A DNA stretch of 64,000 bases from Lingula anatina. Taxonomy: Eukaryota > Animalia > Brachiopoda. A program made the translations under genes and the position numbers. The notes under the pieces are model-generated. The model did not search any database. It was not told the origin of the DNA and saw only the letters and a program-made list of their open reading frames with translations. Below are positions 1 to 11,737 of the stretch, piece after piece (position 1 is the stretch's first letter; every line of letters starts with the position of its first letter). The DNA is taken from contig CM120640.1 of NCBI GenBank assembly GCA_051362555.1, forward strand, positions 61,730,788 through 61,794,787, written 5' to 3'.

Positions 1-72
1 CACCTAGGTAGTTATTGCATAATATGTTTTAGTAATTATGATATGTACAAGCAATTAACTTGTATCATATTT

Positions 73-240
73 CAGGGGCGGATTTAGGCTGTCTTCTGGG
101 TCTTCCGGAAGACGGTCAGATTTTCAAGTTTACATTGGCGGGTATCTAATTTTTTCTGTTGGAAGACGGTCAAAATTGGAGGATGAATCAACAAATATAA
201 TTTGGAAGACTGTCAGTAAATAGCTCTGGATCCGCCTATG
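73..240. mobile_element. MITE family A (CAGGGGCGGAT termini, 5-bp TSD TATTT)
   Basis: Imperfect TIRs; near reverse-complement copy at 46144-46311. Confidence 0.85.
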
Positions 241-358
241 TATTTGCAATTAAACAATTTAAAATACAAAATCATTCTTACATTACTAAGTAGTCTTGGC
301 ATATTAAGTCAATTTCAAATGAAATTCCTTCTCATTTATTCATCATCTTTTGACTCAC

Positions 359-2697
359 TTGGCTGTTCTACTGGCACTCCCAGTTCTATCCTGTTATCCG
401 GTTCTCCTAGGGCACACCCATTGACCACACCCCCTAAGTCTGACACAGTCCCCAGGCATGCCGAGTGGCCACAGTCCCACAGCTTTGCTGTACCATCTCT
501 AGAACACGATATGATGTTCCGTCCTTTTTCCACTATGGCTGTATCTGTTATGCCTGGAAAAATACACACTTTTTCAGAATAGCAGATCAGATTTTCAATA
601 AAGGGTAAGGACCCGAGGTTACCTTTTGGACACTGTGATGGAATAATTACCTATTTTTGAGAATATATCCGTTTTAACCTCACGGTAACAAAAAGATTAT
701 AGTCAAAAATATATACATAAATCACATTCTGGTTACACTGTATTCTATTGGATGACAGAGAATACTTAATTGAGAAAAATTTGGTAATCCCCTTTGAATC
801 ATGCAGCAAGTGATGATACACAGTTAAGAGAAATCAAGCTCTTCAACACCCAACGCAGGGATAGTACCCATCACTGACTTTCAACACCCATCACTGACCC
901 TGAGTATGACCTCTGAGAGTGGCTGCACACTGTCCATTTTCAACAGACCAGATCTTGAGCTGCATGTCAGCCCCGCCAGACAGGACAACCAGTCCAGAAG
1001 GAAAGAAACGGCAGGTATACACATCACCTAGGTGGCCTGTTAGGTCTCTCTGAATTATAATATATTGTATATTAACTGAAAAATAGTGGTCTTTTGTAAT
1101 GAAATAAAATTGTTAAAATCAAATTCAATTTTATTGCAGAAATCAAGGGCGGTATTTGCTGATGAATGCACCCCCCTCCAAAAAAAGTAGTAGTAGTATC
1201 AACATAAATCAAGTTATACCTTATTCACAAATGATATACACTGAAATTTATAATATTCAATCATTTCATTATTTACTTACTGTACAGCATAGCTGTGCTT
1301 GCACACATTAGCAAAATTATAGTTAATAAGTTAATAAAGTTGTACTATAAAGTGAGGAATTAAGTGCTAAATAGCCAACAGACCTGGGAGCCTTACCCTA
1401 ACTTCTCCTGTGTCTGTCTGCCACACCCTTAGCTTTCCCTCTGTATCACTGGACACTGCTAAATCTCCAGAGGTTGCATCAACACAGATAACCTGCAAAA
1501 CAAATAAAGAAGGCGAAGATAATTAACAAAACTTGCATGGAATTCGAACCAATGAAGATAGTGGGGAATTGAGCTGGTTTTATTGTTATAGTATCCTGTT
1601 TGCCAACATGAAAATTCTTACTATATTTTCCTTTAATACCCACACTTTTCTTTGGCCTGTGCACTGTGTTAAAAGTGATATTTGGTGCTTGGAAGTTGCA
1701 TCTGTAACAACTCATCACATCAGTGTATGAAAGGGTTAGGGTTTTCTGTAATGGAAAAAAGTACATGATTCAATATTCAATTTTATTACATTTTATTATT
1801 AATCAGGATGATTTCAACTTTCACAGTGAGAAAAATCATTTTCTGTAGATAGCATTAGATCACATTTGTTTAACACAGATTTTTTTGTGCATATACGTAA
1901 CTTATGTTAAATCAACCAGAGTTGTTGCATGTTCATGACTATGTACATGTAGTAATCACTAGTTTTACCTTTGTTATACATTCCACATTGAAATTATCAG
2001 AAGCAGTAACATAAGGTTGGCCTGATGTAGATAACCCTTCTGTATGAATTTCACTGTGGATTTTCTGTTGGCCTAAAATAAGAGTTAACCTCAATGTTTC
2101 TAAAGTATAATCGGTATATAAACCTGGAGATTCAACTACAGTTTTATAACTAAACTGTCCTGACTCAACTGTTAGTTAAGGAAAGGCTATTTTTACCACA
2201 GTCAAGGATATGTCTCTGGCTATTAAAGACAAATATTCCATGGCTTAATAATTCTTATAAATACAGCATTTATGCAAAATGGAAAAAAAATTAATCATCG
2301 TATTGTAGAAATTGCAATTTGAAAAAAAAAAACGTCAATAAAAATGCTCACCTTGCCTACACCAGGTTACCCAGGCCTTGCCTTCGTTGTCTCTGCAAGT
2401 AGTTGAACTGACGTTACTTTTGCCTTAGAGAACATTGGAGTTTACCTTTCTACTAGCACAATAAGCAACATAACATTAACAGTTACATAACTAGTGAGTG
2501 AGAGTACTACTCATTAACTCACAAAATATACATGTGTACTCTTTTGTATAAGCCTTTCTTAATTTTCAGTTAGTATCATATCATTATTAAACAAGTATAC
2601 AGGTAGGTTTTTAATCATAAATGAGCCCTAGGGACATGCATTACCTCAAAACTTGATCCCAATCACTTTGAACGATCAACCTACAAGGGGCTCCCAT
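359..2697 (-). CDS. PAAF1: Proteasomal ATPase-associated factor 1 (WD40), exons 1-7; 3' end lies left of the window. Exons 2697-2645, 2392-2352, 2072-1969, 1745-1644, 1492-1397, 1049-899, 553-359
   Basis: GT-AG exons join in frame to MGAPCRLIVQSDWDQVLRDNEGKAWVTW...GHLGDVYTCRFFPSGLVVLSGGADMQLKIWS...GITDTAIVEKGRNIISCSRDGTAKLWDCGHSACLG, matching vertebrate PAAF1 as recalled (IQSDWAQALR..EGEAW; CRFFPSGLVVLSGGMDAQLKIWS; DTAIVDRGRNVVSASRDGTARLWDCG). Confidence 0.93.
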
Positions 2698-3478
2698 GAT
2701 GTACCGTCAATGGGTACTGATATACGAATGTCGTACAAGAGCAACATTTTACCCTACGTAAGTTTCGTGAAATTTTGATATGCACCTTTGAATGTTGAAG
2801 ATATATCAATTTATGTGAAAAGATAAAAAAAGAAAAGAAAACAGAATACATTACAAGAGAATTTCCAGAAAGCAGCGAAGGGGATTGACAGCCTACGTGA
2901 AAACTAAGCTCTCTCATCACTCACCCCCATCTTAGGGAGTACTGTTACCAACAGAGGCATGGTTAGCTTCCAGTTATCTCTGTATCTCATGATGGGGGTC
3001 GTCTACCGTGACAGATAAAGTTGCGCGCTACATTACTGGCATTACTATACCCCGTATATAGGCTTACTGGTAGGCCTACTACAGAAGGCTACCTGGGGTT
3101 GAAATGATAACTTATATAGGCCTAGTCTATATAGGCCTATGTTGTTATGTAATGAACTATAGGCCTACTCGGTGAATCGGTTAAAAAAACTTACATTACC
3201 ACCAAAAATTAAAAAAAGTTAAGTGTTTTTATTCTGTATCATATTATAACCATTAAAAGGAGATCTAAAAATGAAAGAACTTTACTGTAGGCCTATTAAC
3301 TCTACAAAAGATTTTAAAAGCATTTAAAACCCATCCTAAGATTCATTTGAAGCGACATGTCAAATGATTGCCACCAAACCCGGCCAAATGCCACCATATA
3401 AAGTTGCAAATAAGATAACTAATAGAAATACGGAAGAGTATCAATGTAGGCCTATATTTCCCGAAAAACTGTATATTT

Positions 3479-3642
3479 CAGGGGCGGATCCAGAATTAGG
3501 CTTATTTGGCGTTGGGTGCGGGGACCGGTGAAGGGCCCCGAAATATTTGGCCTAGGTATTTTAGAGGGCGAACGGTGCCGTTTGATACGGTTTAAAACTA
3601 TGATTCAGCTAGCAAAATTATAATTTCAAAAATCCGCCACTG
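3479..3642. mobile_element. MITE family B (CAGGGGCGGATCC...AATCCGCCACTG, TSD TATTT)
   Basis: TIRs; internal TATTTTAGAGGGCGAACGGTGCC shared with 45133-45299 and, reversed, with 31689-31932. Confidence 0.82.
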
Positions 3643-5698
3643 TATTTGATTTTTTTTTCTGGTTGAAGTGACAGATCTAGGTCAAGTGCTCCCAGTGGTG
3701 TGACGCATAATAAGTTACTGATGTGGAACAAGTAATAAAGTTAAGTTTAAAGCGTATGATACTATCACTGAATTTTGGGAAAGTAAACTGCGGGAGTCAT
3801 GCAAAGTTGGGCAATTTTAAACACAAGAAACCAACTAGACACCTGCATTACAAATAATGTTTTGAAAAACATATCAAAAGGATATAGGCCCTATTTCATT
3901 ATTTCTTCCTTAAAGCAAGGTTTTCCAACCCCATTTTTCCTTAGTCAATGATACACAGAAACCTTGCTTGCTCGAAGTACATTTGTACGCGTTTAAAATA
4001 CAAAATGCAAACTACCACAATTCACGTTTTAGGTTATTATTCTTATATAGGCCCTATCTACTTAATTTATTTATGATTATTTTTCATCTGTGAATTAGCC
4101 CCCTATTCTTCTTCTTATTATTATTATTATTATTATTGCTATCTTTACTGCAACGTGCATGAAGGTAATTTGTTAAAAATAGGCCCTACATATGGCATAA
4201 CGAAGGAGAAATGCATCCTATAAAATAATTAGGGACAAGAAAACGTTTGGTTATGTAAACCATGTTAACCTAAATTTATTTTGGACAGTTTTCAAAATTC
4301 GATACTTCACCCAACCTTAAACAGATTTTTAAAAAGGAAAACGTCGAAAATAGCGATAAAGAAACGGATGTTGCAATATATCAAAGAGCTGAGCACTTTT
4401 CCTGCACTGTGTAGGCACAGACGTGATTCTAACGTCATGTAGATTTACTGGTAGACTTCCGTAGGTCTACCGTCTAACAAGACTTAAATCACGTAATTGC
4501 CCCAAAGTTCACGAATGTCTTGAATGCCTTCACTGAATGTTTTTCATGGTCGGACGCTCCTCATAGGTCTACAGTTAATATGTCTGTGGTATTGTTTTGA
4601 ATGACATACATTCAACAGGATAACAACCCTGTTTTATATAAGTATCGAAACAGCATAATATCATATGCGGTAGGCCTATTTTATGAATAAAAAATACCGC
4701 AAGCCTTAACTAAATGAGTCTTCTTCATCTGTGTCTTGCATTATCTTAAAAGATCGTAAAAAGTTTTATAACGCGATAGGCCGGAATAAAATAGTGAAAT
4801 GAAAATGGGATATTTAAGTGTAAAAAGGTTTATGAGTTTGAGGACTTAATTAAGAACATATGGTACATTTGTTTCATTTGATGTAGGGCTAACAAGAAAA
4901 CATCATTATTATAAATTAATATTTCGATTTGCACTGTTAACCAAACCTCGTTTATCGTTCTAACATATCTAGAATTGCATTACTTTCAATAGCTTTCGGA
5001 GAATTTATATTGCGGTTATGTTGTATGCTTGTCAGCGGAGGTCATCGCTTGAGTTCTAAAAAAAGAGAGCAACTTCACGTCGTAAAAGGTTTATTGCCAT
5101 TTATGCCTGCTGACGCATTTGCTCCCTTCCCCTTAAATATTTATTGAAAGAAAGTGCCCTTCTTCAGGATGATGTGAAAGTCAACTGTGTACAAATGTAG
5201 ACGATTCTTTTTATATTAATTTTTCTCTTATGATTGATTTTAGGCGATACGAACTTGTATGTAGTTTTAAAAAATGCAAGTCAATTAACGTGCGAAGGTC
5301 CAAAGCGATGAAATGTTCAATCATGGGTGTTATACGATGTACACATCCAAACAATGCATCATTGTATAAGTAATACAAAATTCAACCTTGAATTTGTTTG
5401 CTCTAAACTTTTTCTGTTGTACATGTAATCACATGACCGATGAAAATCAAAAGGGTTTGTGAGTAGTCTCGGAAGACATTACCATAACAAACTTAAACGA
5501 GGAAGTGAAAATATGCATTCAGAATAACAACAGCCATGAGCGCACAATGACCCCGATGTCACATCCTAAAAGGGAAATCCATTACGGTTCAACAATACTT
5601 CGCAGGCTCGCCCAGTTAAAAAAAGACGTTTTTTGCCGATATCAACAGACTTGTTCTCAGCCCGTGGTATTCGTGGACCGATCATCGGTATCTCAAAT

Positions 5699-8600
5699 AT
5701 GACTAAGCAGTCGAATACAACTCCAACTCGTATGATGTCGTTGACAAGCATTTTAGTGCTGGTTTTTGGAGTCCTCCAAATCAGAGGAGAGGAAATGTCT
5801 CCTTTTTCAGACTCACTTTCGGACGTTTGTGCCGTCAGACCTGGTGGCAACTTTAGCGCGACTGAGAACCAGGTAGGTGAATGAAATGAGCACTACTGTA
5901 AATCTGTCGCCGTCAAACGAGTAGCTAGTGATGGCTTTAGGTCTTAGTCAGAGAAAAGTTTTAGTAGACTGTGATTTCAGTGCAGTGTCCATAAAGGCCA
6001 ATTTTAAGCTGACCAACTAATTTTCAAAAGGTGACTCATTTCTAGCTACACGCCGCCGTGTGTTCTATGCGTGTCAGACTTACATGCGTAAATATGGGTC
6101 ATCAGTCAGCTAGCTGAATTTCAAATTCGTATTGGCGCCCTGGAATTTTCGAATAGATTCAAGCGAAAATAACATAGGTGGGTAAACAGGCTTACTCATC
6201 ACAATATGTGCCAAGTCTTTACCAGTTTAACAGCATCATATTCAAGGTATCAGGCAGTAAATATGTCTTTTACTCAAAGGCTGTTTTATATTAATTAGAT
6301 TTACCTCTACCATCGAGCATCAGACTATAAAGTAACTTTACAATGCTTTCTCAGGGCAGCAGGCGATTTTTGTGTAATATGGGTCAGCACAAAGAGTTTG
6401 TTCTTATACAGAATCCCTTTAGATATGCCTGTTTCCCGAATTTGACAGAAAAACATCTTTTATGTCGCTTGTTTATCAATGCGCTGTAATTAAGAACTGT
6501 TTTATCTCTTCAAGGGTTAAGTGCTCAATTAGACTTGCTTTTGATGTGAACAGTTATTTATGCAAAATCATTGGCTGCGAAGAATAAATAATGACTATAT
6601 TCCTGACTGTCACAATTACCGACTGACACCTTACAGGTTTCATGATCACGTGCGTGACTGGGTACCGCACAGTGTGAAGACGAAACCTCGCGCTCAATGC
6701 TACAGAAATTATCCTTGAGGTATTAGTTTGGCCCACATAACATAGACAGATAGACATCTTTTTGACCCGTGTTGAAAGTTACGTATGAAAGCACTCCTGA
6801 TTCATAATCATTTTAACGTTACCATTTTTTCTTGAGGGCTGAAATATAAACATCTTAGACACATGTAACATGAGAACTACCGCACACTAAATATTTAAAT
6901 CGCCTTCGTTCAATTAAAATTAACACGTAAGTTTAAAACTTTTTTCACGGCGGTACGCGTGTGACGTGTGTTGTTTTGGTTCGCTTTGCGTTTAACAGAG
7001 GCGGCTCCTTGTAAAAACATATTCTCGAAAGCGCTTCATTTGCTCACCCGGCAAATACGGACTAACCTATTCATGTTTCTAGCAAGATATGAACTCGCCA
7101 AAAAGACAGGAAAATGACTAGAAAATGCAGTTTGCTCTATAAATTATCTCGCGTGTAACTTTATTGGACCAAGGGTACATGCTGTCAAATGTATATGTTG
7201 AAAGGGTGGTGCCATTCTCATATTTATCAGTACATGTGTTGAATTAACAGAACCTGGCGTAAGATTATATCCTTTAAGAATTCCCTTACTTTTTGCGTTT
7301 GACAACGACCCTAAGTCAAATGTATCTTTATGTCAAAATACCGTACATGGTGACATATTTCCTTCTGAAATGTAAGAAAGACGTATGGCGTATAAAGAAG
7401 TTACTTTTAAATAAGAAATGAATTAAAATCAGAAAACCAAATGCGGGGAAATGAATTCCGAGTAAGAGAAAAGTGCTTTTTATCTATATGAATTATTTGT
7501 GAATGACTGGCTAGTCGCTTAGACCGCCATGTCATCCAGTACATATCAGACAGAAAAATCGGCACTGCGTTCTTTTATTTGAGGAGTTCGTCGTTTGTAG
7601 ATCTGAATTGGGTAAGATATGTAGTTTTGCAAGATACGTAAAAAAATATAATTATGCACATTTTGAAACGGAGATGGTATACATTCGATTACATATGATA
7701 CAAAACATCATATCAAAGTACAGGGGCGGGTCCAGCATACCCTGAGCGTCAGAGCAACGTAAAAGCTAGCTTGCTAAATATACCTTGTGGTGGAGTCGCT
7801 TTTATTGCTAGTATGGGTTATATATGAAATCAAGATCGAGCTGGCAATACCGGAATCTAGAACCTAGGGTAGTCCAGCAATGATTCGTGAGAGAAGAAAA
7901 TAGTTTTTTCTCGAGGCAAATTAAGTGAGATATATTTAAAATAATATCTACAATCAGTTGTACCCACCTGTATTACAAAAATAACATTACAATAGCATTA
8001 CAAAAATAACATGTTACGTTTTGAATTAAAAGCTGTGTTTATTTGCAGAAGCTTTTGGTTTGTGATTAGGACTAGTTCTTGTGTTCTACAGAGTGGCGTT
8101 TGAAATTGACGCTGTATAGATTTACACTACTTTGTTTTTCAGCAAGCGTTCAACTTTACTTTCGATCACATTCCAAGTTCCGAAGTCGTCCTCTTCGAGT
8201 CGGTCGCCATCAAAGAAAATTGTAAGGGTTACTGTCTATTTTAGTTTTTGCCTTTTATAGTATACGTTTTGCATTTACAGTTATATTTTCATGTAAAATA
8301 CGGGGAAGGTGGGGAATTTTACGAATATTTGTTCATTTTATGGGTTAGTTTGTGGAATTTCAAACAAAACATCACACAGTACCAACTCCAACCTTTGGTG
8401 TCCAGTTAAAATTAGTCTGTGTGAATAAAAGACTACTTTCCGAGTTTCAGAGAATAGAGTGGACTGTGGAATGATTTGTTTTATTATCTTAATTTTATCA
8501 GGTTCCATGGACGTATACATTCAAACGAACTTCTACCTGCCCATTGTCACCAGTTTGGCACAAGGTGAATGTAATTATCTTTCACCCGGTTTTCAAGGAA

Positions 8601-11600
8601 GCCATTTGCTTGTGTTTAAACTGCTGAAGGGCGCGTCAGTGCCACCGCCTTCCAATGCATCAGCCTACCCATTTTCAGTGGACGTATGGGGGACAAATAA
8701 CGCCCTCTTTCAAGTTGAGGTTCCTTCATTTGGCGTCAACACCCGTGTGAGCTGCACAATAAAACTCGGATTTAATGCGTACGAGGCGTCATTTGAAGTT
8801 GACGTTTTGGGTAAGCATTTGAAAAGCAAACCAATAGAGTGAAAATTATTTATTAGGCAAATAAGAACAAATCTGAGCGATTTAAAATTTAGTTTGGTTA
8901 TTTCACGAACTTCTTAGGTCCCTTAAGTAATACGATGTAATATATTTTTATGATGATACACATTTATACTGTTATTTATTATAGGATGCCCTACAAACAA
9001 ATACGGAAGATATTGCAACAAAGACTGTCCTAAGTGCAGTAACGATGGCTACTGTCATACTTTTTATGGCACTTGTGTCTGTCCTAAGGGATGGAGTGGG
9101 CAATCTTGCGAAACTTGTAAGTATTACTTATATTAAAAACTTGCACTGGAATTTGAATTTTCAAATATTTAAAGGTTAAGTCCGCGTTTTGCATTTCAAA
9201 ATGAACCAAAGTCATGTGCACATTTTTATGTTTTCATGTCCTGCAAACTACTTATCTCTTCCAATTGACATCTTAAAAACAATAAAATCCCTCAAATAAA
9301 AGAACCTGATGTCGATATTTCCTTCTGAAATGTACTGGAAGACATGATCTTCTGATTGACGTATTTTTTTCCTGAATTTAGTGGCACCAGTCTTGACAGT
9401 TAACTCTACAGCAAATGATGTAATTAAACTGAACGAGAGCGTTATATTTGAGTACAACATACTCCCCCTATCTCTGGAGAACAATCTGACAATCAAATGG
9501 TTGATAGACGGAGAAAATATTTCTGAAGTTGGAAATATTATTTATAGGATGAGTAACAGGTGAGACACCTTTAATTGTCCAAGGACAGTCTTAACGCTAC
9601 CGAAGTTCATTTGAAGATTTTTGCATCTTAGCAGCAATTCTTCCATTGCCAACAAATTTTGAAGAGAAGTTATTTTATTGCTCGCTGTAAGTGTCACTTA
9701 TCTGAAATATCAGTGTGGAATGAATGTGCAGAGCACGTCTAAAATCTGAATTTTGCCATTTTGGTTTCCAGGTCCATCGTTTTTTCAAAAGGAATAAACA
9801 AAACAGGGGAACATTATGTTACGTGCATCGCAACAACTAAAACAGGGCATATAGTGTCTGCACGTTATTCATTTTATGTCGAAGGTAAATAGGATATTTC
9901 TGTAATTATGATAATGAAAATTAATACATATTTATTCTGTTAAAATACAATTGTGATTTTGGAAGAGTTTGTTTTACAATAAGACAACTAACCAAGTCTT
10001 TCTTTAGTAGCTAGGTGTTAAATTAAGAAATAAATCGAGAGAAATGTAAAAAAAAAGAGCTTAACAGCGTAGATAGACCCATCATTTCTATGCAACATCA
10101 TAAAGTTCTTTGACAAAAATAGTTCTTTGATGTTTATTTATATTTTTCCGTTCAAGATTATAACAGTACCACGGCTACAATAGTGACAGCTACAGCAATG
10201 ACAACAGTAGTTGGTAAAATTCAACAAAATAACGACGTACTGATAGCCGTTGTGGTCATCTTATTGGTCGCACTAGTTACTGTCATCATCATCGCTGCTA
10301 TTGTCATAACTCACAAGATGCGAGGCTCGGCAACAAGAATATTCAGGCCATCAGATATGTATGCTGAATACCACACATATTTACAGGTATTGAATGTTAG
10401 TTAATTACATATCTTTAATTATTCAATATCCTTCAAACGCTGAATGCTCTTTCAATCCAAGAGAAATGATATGTCAAACAGCCACGTTTTAAGAAACTGA
10501 ATTAACCATATCATACCAACATTGCATTGTACACTAGATATGAAATGGCAAAAGTTTCACAAGTAAATACACACAAACACACACTTACATGACAAATGTT
10601 ATTATATTGCTTCTCTTGGCATGTCTGCGTTAAAAATATTGGTAAAGGGGAATGAAATAATTTTTTCTTCATTCAACAGCTAATATTGAGATTACCTATT
10701 TCGATGTCTATCAGTACATCTTCATCAGGGAATTGGTAAAGGGGGTTTGTGTGTGCGAGAGGGAGACTTCATAACCAGTTAAATGAAAAATATTTTCAGA
10801 ATATTTTCTCTGGTAATGAAGATGCGTCTGCCTTGGATGATCAAGAGTACCTTCTGCAGAAATGGCGAGTACCAAACAACGAACTATTTATGGGTGAAGC
10901 ACTCGGCGAAGGGGAATTCTCCCAAGTATTCAATGCTCACATACAGTGGAAACAAACACAAATGCTGCATGTGGCTGTAAAAATGTTGAAAGGTACCATT
11001 TTTGCTCTTTTTAAAGATACATTTTACTTTAACCAAAAGCATTTTGTACATCGGTTTGATGAAGAATGTAAATCACCTTTAAGTAACGTTGACAGTATGC
11101 TTATTGGGTGACTTGAATTGTTCAGGAAATACATGTACATGTGTATAAGTGGCAGTGCTCGAGAGTGAAGATAGGTGTTCTTATTCGAGTGGTCTTTTAT
11201 TCCAGAATTTTTAAATATTTCTGGATGACAGCATGTTTGTAAGTCTGGCTGCTGCAGATTCCTATCATTACAATTCCTGAAGCTCGTTAAAAAGTGGTGA
11301 AATGCGTGAATTTGTATGAATGTGGCCTTGGCACCAAAAATGGAATTAATACACTTTCCCCTATAGATCCTAAGAACCTGCAGTCACAGAAGGATTTGAT
11401 GGCGGAGTTCCAAACCCTCTCCGAACTCTGTCCCCACCCAAATGTGGTGCAGCTCATAGGCATGTGCAACAGGAGGTTTGGAAATGATGGTAAGCTACTT
11501 CTGTTTATTAAGGATAAAAACAAAGTGATCGTTTTCTTACATATGAGCCGCAATTGTTCTTATTTTAATGCAAATGCGATCGTAGTTAGAGGAATAAATG

Positions 11601-11665
11601 GGGCTTAAGTAAATGGGTTAGAAGTGAATTAAATCAGTTTGTGGGATCCTAGATCTAAAGTCTGA

Positions 11666-11737
<72 letters not shown>

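Noticed and set aside
238-582. Plus-strand 114-aa ORF and other antisense ORFs over exons
   Set aside because: Shadows of real exons on the opposite strand or microsatellite-derived frames
6554-6757. Minus ORF with CYVGQT resembling a GIY-YIG motif
   Set aside because: Only one short motif and no downstream conserved residues or TSD; at best a very decayed remnant
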